This document shows positions 38,991 to 47,613 of a stretch of 64,000 nucleotides of DNA, one piece after another. Every line of letters begins with the position of its first letter. The stretch's first letter is position 1. The notes beneath the pieces are model-generated. The model did no database searches. It was given only the letters and a program-made list of their open reading frames with translations, and was not told the DNA's origin. The DNA comes from a virus, in the IMG/VR virus record IMGVR_UViG_3300028706_000553; one strand, 5' to 3'. A program made the position numbers and the translations under genes.

Positions 38991-39658
38991 TAGATTTTTG
39001 GGTTGGTTATACTCCAGGTAGAGAGATTGCAAATAGGAAATGTCGGCAGTCTTTAGAACAATTTGGAGTGGTCACACACGATGTACCGCATTATTGGGTA
39101 CCTAAAACGAACAATCCTTTTGCGAGGACGCGATACTTAGTTCCATTGATAGATTATAAATCAGATAATAAATGGGTTGCTTTTGTAGATGATGATTTCT
39201 TATTTTTTAGGAATCCATTATCTTTATATAAAACATTAGATGATAATAAAATGTTATATGTAGCAAAACACCCTGAATATGTATCTGTGACTACAATGAA
39301 AATGGCAGGTAAAGAAAAACATAAAGGTTGGCGAAATATTAATTATCCTAGAAAGAATTGGTCTAGTTTAATGATTTTCAATAAAGAAAAGTTTCCTTTA
39401 ACTATTAAGGAAATTTTTCATTCTCCGATGAGCTTTTTACACCAATTAGAATGGGCGGAACCGGAAGAAAATAATATAGGTTCTATTCCTTTAGAATGGA
39501 ATTGGTTGGTTGGGGAATTACATTGTCCCGATCGTGAAAATATTAATGCTGCTCATTATACCTTAGGAGGACCATGGTATGAAAAGTGGCCAAAATCAGT
39601 TTATGATAAATCATGGATAGAAATGGAAGAATATGATTACAGTAAAGATTTCGCATAA
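38987..39658 (+). CDS. GT-A fold glycosyltransferase (GT8-like)
   Basis: FVDDDFLF DxD motif, YPRKNWSSLMIFN, LEWNWLV, HYTLGGPW; ATG 38987 in ATGA overlap. Confidence 0.8.
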   Translation: MIDFWVGYTPGREIANRKCRQSLEQFGVVTHDVPHYWVPKTNNPFARTRYLVPLIDYKSDNKWVAFVDDDFLFFRNPLSLYKTLDDNKMLYVAKHPEYVSVTTMKMAGKEKHKGWRNINYPRKNWSSLMIFNKEKFPLTIKEIFHSPMSFLHQLEWAEPEENNIGSIPLEWNWLVGELHCPDRENINAAHYTLGGPWYEKWPKSVYDKSWIEMEEYDYSKDFA

Positions 39659-39881
39659 GGATAATCGTGATAATCAAGGGAAAGTAATAAAAGCTATGCA
39701 AAAGCTAAAGCAAATAGTTTCCCGTGAAGGCACTCTCAATGAGGTGAAAAGGCGACGTTATTATGTAAAACCGTCGATGCAAAAACGACTAAAGCGTGAA
39801 GAGGCAGAAAGACAACGAATAAAAGATATTCGTAATGACATTAAACAAGCAGAACGCTTAGAACAACAAATGTGGGGATAG
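39633..39881 (+). CDS. rpsU: ribosomal protein bS21
   Basis: KAMQKLKQIVSREGTLNEVKRRRYYVKPS aligns with the S21 core. Confidence 0.85.
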   Translation: MITVKISHKDNRDNQGKVIKAMQKLKQIVSREGTLNEVKRRRYYVKPSMQKRLKREEAERQRIKDIRNDIKQAERLEQQMWG

Positions 39882-39885
39882 ACAT

Positions 39886-40098
39886 TTGAATTACCTAGAG
39901 AAGTTAGAATCCAACCCTAGATGTAGAAGAAGATATAGAGATAGTCTTATGAATTACATCATGTCCATGCTCCCTATGGATCATGAAAAAACTATTGCTT
40001 TATTCGCAGAGAGAGCATTAAATGAAGCATATAATAATGGCCGCCACGATGGTCATAGAGGACCCCAAGCTCACACAGAAATCAAAAAAAGATATTGA
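39886..40098 (+). CDS. hypothetical protein
   Basis: short ORF, TTG start. Confidence 0.45.
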   Translation: MNYLEKLESNPRCRRRYRDSLMNYIMSMLPMDHEKTIALFAERALNEAYNNGRHDGHRGPQAHTEIKKRY

Positions 40099-40123
40099 TT
40101 TTTTAATAAAAATATAGTATAAT
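40095..40123 (+). promoter_or_regulatory. sigma70-type promoter
   Basis: TTGATT-N17-TATAAT upstream of ORF 40154. Confidence 0.65.
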
Positions 40124-40153
40124 ATAATCTAATATTTAATAATAGGATGTATT

Positions 40154-40567
40154 ATGCCGAAAATATATGATAATGTGGGGATAAATTATAATAAAGGTAC
40201 TAAACGTGTTAACTCTGTAGCTCCCGGCTGCACAATTGAATACGAAGCAGATATCTATGAAGAAAGAGATAAGAGAGTTCGAAAAGCTTCAAGACATCGT
40301 TCGCAAGAGACCAACGCAGCATTATTGGCTTTCAAACGAAGTCGCGAACAACTCGGAATCCAAAGACCAGGAGACATCGAGGCCTCGCCAGGATTTACTG
40401 TCAAAATTACTTCGATGGCTGAAAAAGACCTGAGAGGTTGGAATACAGGTAAGGAAAAAACAACAGGGGATGTTCCCAGTGGTTTTACTATTGCCCCTGC
40501 TTATAATAAAGGCGCATATCAAGTAGTACCTTCTACTGATACAGATGCATACACACATAGGAAATAA
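40154..40567 (+). CDS. conserved phage hypothetical protein
   Basis: C-terminal FTIAPAYNKGAYQVV motif. Confidence 0.6.
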   Translation: MPKIYDNVGINYNKGTKRVNSVAPGCTIEYEADIYEERDKRVRKASRHRSQETNAALLAFKRSREQLGIQRPGDIEASPGFTVKITSMAEKDLRGWNTGKEKTTGDVPSGFTIAPAYNKGAYQVVPSTDTDAYTHRK

Positions 40568-40569
40568 GT

Positions 40570-40734
40570 ATGATTAGCTATTCAACAGAATTGTTATATC
40601 ATTTTAATTGTGGTGATTGTAAGAATTGGTGGAGTTATGCTTCAACAGAAGATTACAAACCACACGTAATGCATTGTCCTCATTGTGGGGAAATGGATAA
40701 AATTAAACCTATAGACAATAAAGAAGATGAGTGA
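40570..40734 (+). CDS. small zinc-ribbon protein (54 aa)
   Basis: read by hand: HFNCGDCKNWWS...CPHCG. Confidence 0.65.
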   Translation: MISYSTELLYHFNCGDCKNWWSYASTEDYKPHVMHCPHCGEMDKIKPIDNKEDE

Positions 40735-41047
40735 AGAAATTAAAATTTTAAAGTTGAGTACAGGTGAAGAAGTAATTGCTAAGATTAACGAATTAGAAGA
40801 TTCTTATGAAATGATAGAAGCAGTATCATTTCGATGGGGGATTGAATATGATGCTGACTTAGGGCGAAATGTTGAAAGATTGCAGCCAGGCTCATATCCA
40901 ATTAATTCAGCATTAGGTCGTTATGAAATTAAGAAAGATCATGTATTGGTAACAGCACCTCCACGTCCGGAAGCACTTGCAGTTTATCATGGATTTGTAG
41001 CAAGTGTGTTAAATTATAATTCGGGTCAGCCAAAAGCAAATTCTTGA
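40727..41047 (+). CDS. T4-like small beta-barrel (Sm-like) protein
   Basis: IKILKLSTGEEVIAK N-terminus. Confidence 0.55.
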   Translation: MSEEIKILKLSTGEEVIAKINELEDSYEMIEAVSFRWGIEYDADLGRNVERLQPGSYPINSALGRYEIKKDHVLVTAPPRPEALAVYHGFVASVLNYNSGQPKANS

Positions 41048-41078
41048 TAAATAAAGTATAATATAGAAAAGGATTCTT

Positions 41079-41270
41079 ATGAGAACTCGATATGCAAGTG
41101 TAGGCACTGCTCATTTAGGGCATCCAAAAAATGACGTGGAAGAATCTACAAAAGAATATGCTAAATCTCTTGAGAAAATAGCAAATGATAAAGCATTAAA
41201 AATGCTTACTAAATCTGAAAGAGCAAATCTTCTGAAGATTAGGGATTTACTCGCTAAAGAGGAGAAGTAG
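41079..41270 (+). CDS. hypothetical protein
   Basis: short ORF directly upstream of iscU. Confidence 0.5.
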   Translation: MRTRYASVGTAHLGHPKNDVEESTKEYAKSLEKIANDKALKMLTKSERANLLKIRDLLAKEEK

Positions 41271-42649
41271 TGGCGTATAGTGAAAAAGTTGTAGATCATT
41301 TTACGAACCCTAAGAATGTGGGAAGTCTTGATAAAAACGATGTTAATGTAGGAACTGGCCTTGTCGGCGCACCTGAATGTGGCGATGTGATGAAACTCCA
41401 AATTAAAGTAGATGATAATCAAAACATAATTGATGCAAAGTTTAAGACATTCGGTTGTATTGGATCTAATAGTCCAATTGCAACTCCTAACGGATTTAAA
41501 AATATTTCAACTCTTTCGGTAGGAGAGGAAATTTGGGCTTGGAATGGAAAAGAAGTTGTAAAAAATACTATTTCTAAAATAAAAACAAAAGAAGTTGATT
41601 ATAGAGATTTATTAAGAATTGTTTTTGAAAAAGGAAGACAGCCTATAATTTGCTCCAAAGATCATATTTGGTGGGGGTCTGACAATAAGCCGATTGAAGC
41701 CATAGATTTAGAAGCTGGAAAAGAATTATTAGAAATCACTGAAAATGAAATTCGTTCTTTAAATAATGTAAGACAACAACAATGGTTAAAAGATAAAAAT
41801 TCTGTTAATATATCGGAACGTAATAAATTGGGTTTGATGAAACAAAACACCCTTCCTCAAAATCAAAAAGGATATAAACATACAGATGAAGCTAAACTAA
41901 ACCACTCAATCGCTTCAAAAAAAGTGTGGAAAAATCCTGAATATAGAAAAAATTGGGAAAGGGGAATGCAGGGGGCAGCTCAAAATAGACCAACTAAATT
42001 AGAAATTGAATATATTAATTTATTTGAAAAACATAAATTAGATGTAAGATATATTGGTGATGGTAGTTTTTGGTGTGGTTCTTCTCATCTAAATCCAGAT
42101 TTTAAAGTAAATGGCCAGAAAAAAGTAATAGAAGTTTATACTTCAAAGCTTCCTAAATTTATGATGGATAGAAGTGATGAGAATTGGATTGTAGAAAGAA
42201 AAGAAAAATTAGAAAACGCGGGATTTAAAAGTTTGTTTCTTGATATAAAGAACATTGAAAATTCGATACCTGAAGTAACTAAATTTATTCATAACGGATT
42301 TAAAATTAAAAAAATAAGTCCAATAGAAGATAAAAGACAATTAAGAGGGCAAGAAAGAAATGGTGATTTGGTTAAACTTTATGATTTATCACTAAAAGAA
42401 GGAGCCAACATATTTTTTGTTCATAGGGCCATGAGTCATAATTGTGGATCTGCAATTGCAGCATCATCATTGGCTACAGAATGGGTAAAGGATAGACACG
42501 TTGATGCCGCTATGGAAGTAAATAATACAGAGATTGTCGAAGAACTTTCTCTACCACCGGTTAAGATTCATTGTAGTGTATTAGCTGAAGATGCAATAAA
42601 AGCAGCGATTGCAGATTATAAACAAAAACAAGAAGGTATTGGGCCATGA
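41270..42649 (+). CDS. iscU: Fe-S cluster scaffold IscU precursor containing an intein (130 aa after splicing)
   Basis: YSEKVVDHF, APEC37GD39VM, FKTFG|C63GSAIA, LPPVKIHC. Confidence 0.93.
   Translation: MAYSEKVVDHFTNPKNVGSLDKNDVNVGTGLVGAPECGDVMKLQIKVDDNQNIIDAKFKTFGCIGSNSPIATPNGFKNISTLSVGEEIWAWNGKEVVKNTISKIKTKEVDYRDLLRIVFEKGRQPIICSKDHIWWGSDNKPIEAIDLEAGKELLEITENEIRSLNNVRQQQWLKDKNSVNISERNKLGLMKQNTLPQNQKGYKHTDEAKLNHSIASKKVWKNPEYRKNWERGMQGAAQNRPTKLEIEYINLFEKHKLDVRYIGDGSFWCGSSHLNPDFKVNGQKKVIEVYTSKLPKFMMDRSDENWIVERKEKLENAGFKSLFLDIKNIENSIPEVTKFIHNGFKIKKISPIEDKRQLRGQERNGDLVKLYDLSLKEGANIFFVHRAMSHNCGSAIAASSLATEWVKDRHVDAAMEVNNTEIVEELSLPPVKIHCSVLAEDAIKAAIADYKQKQEGIGP
41456..42442 (+). mobile_element. intein (329 aa) with NUMOD3-like and Vsr/DUF559-like endonuclease domain
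   Basis: block A CIGSNSPIATPNG, block B CSKDH, block F LYDLSL..ANIFFV, block G SHN followed by +1 Cys. Confidence 0.92.
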
Positions 42650-43536
42650 AACGTTTTATAGAAACATTAGAAGAGCCAGCAGAATATAATGAATTGCGTG
42701 ATATTATAGAGTCAAAACTCACGAGTGAAGAAGTGTTCCAGCATCATATAGTTCAGGGAAACACTGAAAAAGGTAAAGTGGCGCACACCGGAACGTTGAA
42801 ACAAATGCAAAAAAAGATAAGAGACCCCAAAACGGGCCCAAATCACGTTCTTGTAAAAACCCGGCATAAACTAAAAACAGGTGATACTTGGAAAAAACAC
42901 ATGCATGCCGAGAGTCTAGACACAGTGAATTCACTCAGAAGACCTCAATATACTATTAAAAACACAAAAACTGGTCAACATTATAGTACAAGTAGATATC
43001 AGGATGATGGAAAATTAAATAAGATTCGTAAAGGGGGAGGTGACCATAAACATGCCGCCCATTACAAAGATGGAAAACAACTTGAGGAAAGCCAGAATCT
43101 ACAAGCTAAAATGGCATTAGATGATGCAGGAATACCATGGACAATGAAGAGAAATAGGATAACTGTTAAGAAAAAAGATAAAAAGAAAGCTCAATTAGCA
43201 TGGGAAAAATCTTTCAAAAAAGGTGGATGGCCTAGTCTTAACATAGAGGACAATTCTCCTGTAATTGAAATAATAGGTGAAGAAGATATGCAAGAAGCGT
43301 TTTTCAAAGTCAAGATTCCAGATATTGCACAACCTACGTTTGTGGAAGCTGGTAGCGAATCACAAGTTAAAATGTCTTTGAGAAAGATTCTGAGACCAGA
43401 TAGTATGAAAGAACTAGAAATTGAAAAGGTTACCCCTACTGCAATGAAAAAGATGTACCGTGCTATGGCAAAGGGAGAAGATGATGTTGATGAAGCATGT
43501 GGGACTACACATAGCAAAGTAAAAAAAAAGTATTAG
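42646..43536 (+). CDS. probable internal head protein (multi-module, LxE cleavage-like sites)
   Basis: MKRFIETLEE start; modules follow LEE/MQE/VDE; possibly extended by -1 frameshift. Confidence 0.5.
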   Translation: MKRFIETLEEPAEYNELRDIIESKLTSEEVFQHHIVQGNTEKGKVAHTGTLKQMQKKIRDPKTGPNHVLVKTRHKLKTGDTWKKHMHAESLDTVNSLRRPQYTIKNTKTGQHYSTSRYQDDGKLNKIRKGGGDHKHAAHYKDGKQLEESQNLQAKMALDDAGIPWTMKRNRITVKKKDKKKAQLAWEKSFKKGGWPSLNIEDNSPVIEIIGEEDMQEAFFKVKIPDIAQPTFVEAGSESQVKMSLRKILRPDSMKELEIEKVTPTAMKKMYRAMAKGEDDVDEACGTTHSKVKKKY

Positions 43537-43541
43537 AGAAG

Positions 43542-43667
43542 TTGACTAAAAAGTCATCTACGGGTGATTACATTGATGACTTCAGTAAGTCCGACGCTCC
43601 TCAATTCAAAGGTAAATCCAAAGAAAAACGAAGGCAGATGGCTATTGCTGCCAAAATGAATGCATGA
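43542..43667 (+). CDS. DFxKSDAPQFKGKSKEKRRQMAIAA module (short ORF or frameshift extension)
   Basis: read by hand in the -1 frame; ends in ATGA overlap with iscA. Confidence 0.6.
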   Translation: MTKKSSTGDYIDDFSKSDAPQFKGKSKEKRRQMAIAAKMNA

Positions 43668-44026
43668 TAGAACTTACAGAACGAGCTAGTAAAAACTTTC
43701 ATAGGCTATTGGAGGATGAAGGTGTGGATGATGGTCGCCTAAGAGTGACTGTCACAGGTGGTGGATGTGCTGGATATGAATATAAACTTACTTTTGATAG
43801 CGCACCCAGCAAATTTGATTTAGAATTTGAATCCCTTGGTATAAATATTCTAGTTGATAAAAAAAGTCATTTATTAACTAATGGTTTAACAATAGATTGG
43901 AGTAATGATTTATCAGCTCCCGGACCAAGATTTGAAAATCCTGTGGCCACGTCGACATGTGGTTGCTCTACTAGTTTTAATGTTAAACAAAACACTTTTC
44001 AAAACAAACCATCATGGATGCCATAG
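43664..44026 (+). CDS. iscA: A-type Fe-S carrier IscA/HesB family
   Basis: LRVTVTGGGCAGYEY, VDKKS, FENP, CGCSTSF. Confidence 0.92.
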   Translation: MIELTERASKNFHRLLEDEGVDDGRLRVTVTGGGCAGYEYKLTFDSAPSKFDLEFESLGINILVDKKSHLLTNGLTIDWSNDLSAPGPRFENPVATSTCGCSTSFNVKQNTFQNKPSWMP

Positions 44027-44263
44027 ATGAAAGTAGTAAATAAAGCATACGGTCAACGGGATATTGGAATATATAGAACAGCTAATATTGCTAATCCCGC
44101 AGTGACTAAACAAGATCATGAAATGAGTGTTGGAAATACCGAAATAAGACATTTTACATGTGTTTCTTGTAAATTACCTTTTTCTATGAATTTGCCACCA
44201 GGATTAACAGAAGCAAAAACAAAAGCAAAGTGTCCTAATTGTTATACTGAGCAGGTGGCATGA
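44027..44263 (+). CDS. zinc-ribbon protein
   Basis: CVSC...CPNC. Confidence 0.6.
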   Translation: MKVVNKAYGQRDIGIYRTANIANPAVTKQDHEMSVGNTEIRHFTCVSCKLPFSMNLPPGLTEAKTKAKCPNCYTEQVA

Positions 44264-44269
44264 TATAAT

Positions 44270-44947
44270 ATGTTTTTTATGCATTGTATTGAAGATGATG
44301 AAAAATCTGAAAAATATTATAAAGACGGCATCGAACACTTTAAAAAAGAATTTGATATTGAAATAACATTGTTTCCTGCCTGTACTCCGGAAACCCTATC
44401 CCCAGAGTTAAGATTCGCCGATTTTAAAGTTCCAACACATAAAAGAAAAATAAGACATCCTTTATCAGGAACAGAAAAAGCCTGTTTTTCGACTCATTTT
44501 GAGTTATGGAAAAGATGTGTTAAATTGAATATACCTATTATGTGTCTCGAACATGATGCGCGTAAAAATCCCAAAATAACAGAGCCCTACGATTTAAAAC
44601 AAAAGTTTGAATGGTTTTGTAAAAAAGGAAAAGATTATCGAAGAGACGATGGTATATGCTTTATGGGTCAGCCTCCGGCGACAGCATATATGATATCACC
44701 AGAATATGCATTGCGTTTAGTTCATTGGGTATATAAGTTTCAAAAAACACGGAGGCATATTGATAATCCAAATTCTAAAGGCATTAATATGCAATTAGAT
44801 ACATTTATAAATGAATATCATAATGGTATAATGTTTATTAGAAGTGAAGATGAAAATAAGCAAGGTAGATATTGGAAAAAAAGAGAAGTTTTTATTCAAG
44901 ATAATTCTTATGGGAAGGTAGTATATCACGGACCACTTGATGCTTGA
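44270..44947 (+). CDS. GT25-like glycosyltransferase
   Basis: EKACFSTHFELWKRC...MCLEHDA and ATAYMISP..A motifs. Confidence 0.75.
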   Translation: MFFMHCIEDDEKSEKYYKDGIEHFKKEFDIEITLFPACTPETLSPELRFADFKVPTHKRKIRHPLSGTEKACFSTHFELWKRCVKLNIPIMCLEHDARKNPKITEPYDLKQKFEWFCKKGKDYRRDDGICFMGQPPATAYMISPEYALRLVHWVYKFQKTRRHIDNPNSKGINMQLDTFINEYHNGIMFIRSEDENKQGRYWKKREVFIQDNSYGKVVYHGPLDA

Positions 44948-44993
44948 TAAATAAACTAAAGAATAAATTAACTATTAACAACGAGTAATACAT

Positions 44994-45449
44994 ATGAAGA
45001 CCTTTATGTTTGCTATGATTGTGGTTGGAATAATTATAGGATGTGCACATAAAGAACCCGTTATCCCTGTACCAACAGATAACGTAACAGCAACACCAAC
45101 ACATGATCCACATACAGGATTACGTTTAGAAAAATGGCCAGAAGAAGATAAGAAATTTTGGGTGGCAATGTATTTTGTGCGCCTATCATGGGATCCGCGA
45201 GTTAGATCAAAATTTTTACCATTCTGGTTATATAAGGTAGCCAATTGTGTTGTTGATAGATCTGAAAAAGTATATGATTTTGAAATATGGAAAACGACTA
45301 TAGCAGAAAATCAGAATAATCTTTCTCCACAAGATGCCAAATTTATTTATGATATAACATATGGATGTGCGAGAGTGCAAGGTGCTGAGCAAGAAAAGTT
45401 CTTTAGAGAAAAAGGTATGTTAGTTCCGAACCTAAAGGAATCTGTTTAA
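44994..45449 (+). CDS. hypothetical lipoprotein
   Basis: MKTFMFAMIVVGIIIG-C lipobox. Confidence 0.65.
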   Translation: MKTFMFAMIVVGIIIGCAHKEPVIPVPTDNVTATPTHDPHTGLRLEKWPEEDKKFWVAMYFVRLSWDPRVRSKFLPFWLYKVANCVVDRSEKVYDFEIWKTTIAENQNNLSPQDAKFIYDITYGCARVQGAEQEKFFREKGMLVPNLKESV

Positions 45450-45480
45450 ATAAATATATCATACTATAAGTTTATGGAGA

Positions 45481-46962
45481 ATGATAATGAGTTTTTTTAG
45501 TTTTAAAGCTTCTTTGCATGAGGCTACTTTCAAGGGCACTACTTTACAGCCGATTTGTGATAGAATAAAAGCTATTCTTGAAAGACGTCTAGGTAAAAAG
45601 ATGTATCAGTATGGTGGTGAAAACTATGCACAGCAGTTTCAAAAAGCTACCACTGGTGAAGGAATGGGTATTCTATATCTATTGGATGTCAAAGGCGAAG
45701 CATTTAGATTAAATTGGGAAAAGACGAACGCGAAACAGATTAGCATAACATCTTGTGATTACTGGAAAAGTTGGAAAATAGGAGAAGAGGACCACCCTAA
45801 TCCTGATAGAGTCATAACGGGACTTGAATGGCTAAATTCAGTACAGTTAGTAAATGCCTTACAGAGTTTTTTAAAAGCTCCTACACAAAGAGAAGTTAAA
45901 TTAACTATAGATGAAGCTGCCGGCTCATTAGATTTAGCTACAGTAGCCCGCGCCGCTTATCATGAATTGGGTACTGCAGAAATATCTGTTAAAGATTTGA
46001 AACAGATTTCTCGTAGATTGGGTAGAAAAGTAAATCAATATCAATTATCTAAATTACCTAGAGGAAAGCGTGGGACTGTTAATGTTACCATGTTATTAGA
46101 TACTGATGTTGGTGAATCAGAATCAACTATCGATCCTGTAGCAGATAAAATTGAAACAGCAGTTGATAAGGTTCCAGTTGATGTATTATTTAAAGATTTA
46201 GCAGATTTATCAGATTTAGTAATTAATGGAAATAGACCATCTTTAGTAGTTACTGGTGCCGGTGGAACAGGGAAATCATTTACCGTTAAAGAACGAATAA
46301 AAGCATCTGGCCTTGCTAAAGGTAGGGAATATAATATTCAAAAGGGTGCCACATCTGTATTTGGTTTGTATCAGTCATTCTTTTTAAACAGGAATGAAAA
46401 ATTATTAGTATTTGATGATTGTGATGATGTATTTAAAGATATAACATCACAAAATCTTTTAAAAGCTGCATTAGATAGTGATGAACCCAGAGAATTATCA
46501 TGGGCATCAAGAAATACTATTCCTATCGATCAAGGTTTAGATGCAAGTGTAATTAATAATATCGAGATGGGGATAGAACAATCCATAATGGCCGGGGGTG
46601 ATGAAGAAGGTAAAACAGCTAAATTGCCATCAACATTTAGATTTAAAGGTAGAGTAATCTTTATTTCTAATTTGGCTTTCGATAAAATACCTCAACCAGT
46701 TGTTTCCCGCTCATTATTAATCGATGTAACTTTAACAGATAATGAGATGTTAGAGAGAATGAAAAGCGTGACTAGTGTTATAGCTAAAGACACTGGAGTT
46801 AGTGAAATAGAAGCAAGTAATGTATTAAATAGATTAATATCTCTTGCTGACGAAGGAAAAATTTCAAAACCAACCATGAGGACGTTACCTGCTGCTATTA
46901 ACATTATGAAATCAGGAATGCCTCGATGGGAAAGCTTATTAAAGTACGCTGCTGTTAACTAA
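45481..46962 (+). CDS. P-loop (AAA+-like) ATPase with novel N-terminal domains
   Basis: Walker A GAGGTGKS, Walker B LVFDDCD, IFISN, SRS, TMR. Confidence 0.8.
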   Translation: MIMSFFSFKASLHEATFKGTTLQPICDRIKAILERRLGKKMYQYGGENYAQQFQKATTGEGMGILYLLDVKGEAFRLNWEKTNAKQISITSCDYWKSWKIGEEDHPNPDRVITGLEWLNSVQLVNALQSFLKAPTQREVKLTIDEAAGSLDLATVARAAYHELGTAEISVKDLKQISRRLGRKVNQYQLSKLPRGKRGTVNVTMLLDTDVGESESTIDPVADKIETAVDKVPVDVLFKDLADLSDLVINGNRPSLVVTGAGGTGKSFTVKERIKASGLAKGREYNIQKGATSVFGLYQSFFLNRNEKLLVFDDCDDVFKDITSQNLLKAALDSDEPRELSWASRNTIPIDQGLDASVINNIEMGIEQSIMAGGDEEGKTAKLPSTFRFKGRVIFISNLAFDKIPQPVVSRSLLIDVTLTDNEMLERMKSVTSVIAKDTGVSEIEASNVLNRLISLADEGKISKPTMRTLPAAINIMKSGMPRWESLLKYAAVN

Positions 46963-47144
46963 TGAAAGACTGGGTCACTAAACGACTTAAAGAAATTAAA
47001 TTACCAGGTAAAGTACTACAGTTTCCTTTAAGAACGGAAGATGTAGAACGGAAGATAAAAGCTGGCTTAAATTATGATAGATTCTGCGGAGATGATGATC
47101 ACACCACCCTCTATTCTCAAAGCAAAGAACAACCAGACAGTTAA
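46962..47144 (+). CDS. hypothetical protein
   Basis: TAATG overlap with the ATPase stop. Confidence 0.45.
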   Translation: MKDWVTKRLKEIKLPGKVLQFPLRTEDVERKIKAGLNYDRFCGDDDHTTLYSQSKEQPDS

Positions 47145-47613
47145 GATATATTCCTACCACCTAAATATATCTAATGATGAAATAATTGACACGATCTATA
47201 GTAATATTTCTAATAGAGAACGAGAAACCCCTGCTAAAGCGGATTTAACAGGATGGCATTTACCTGGTTGTAAAGAATTAAAACAGATAGTTGAAGATCT
47301 AACATATAAACAAGCAGTTGAGCATTATCATAGAGGATTTGGACAGTTAAAGATAACACAGTGTTGGGGTATAGTTTATAATCGTGACGACTTTGCTAAA
47401 ACACATAATCACTTCCCGAATACATGGTCTGCAGTATATTATCCTAAATTAACTGATGATAGTGGTACATTATGTTTTACTGATTTAGATGTAAGAATTA
47501 AACCTGAAGTAGGAAAGCTTTTGATATGGGAAAGCTATATAAAACATTGTGTAACTAAAGTTAGAGGTGAACGACTAGCTATTGCATTCAATATGAATCA
47601 TGAACATGAATAA
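47074..47613 (+). CDS. 2OG-Fe(II) oxygenase-like protein
   Basis: WG..Y...HNH..TWSAVYY, LLIWESYIKHCV, RLAIAFN. Confidence 0.8.
   Translation: MIDSAEMMITPPSILKAKNNQTVKIYSYHLNISNDEIIDTIYSNISNRERETPAKADLTGWHLPGCKELKQIVEDLTYKQAVEHYHRGFGQLKITQCWGIVYNRDDFAKTHNHFPNTWSAVYYPKLTDDSGTLCFTDLDVRIKPEVGKLLIWESYIKHCVTKVRGERLAIAFNMNHEHE

Noticed and set aside
2056-44026. Specific host assignment from AapJ/IscU/IscA
   Set aside because: Requires phylogenetic searches that cannot be run here; the features only suggest a diderm host.
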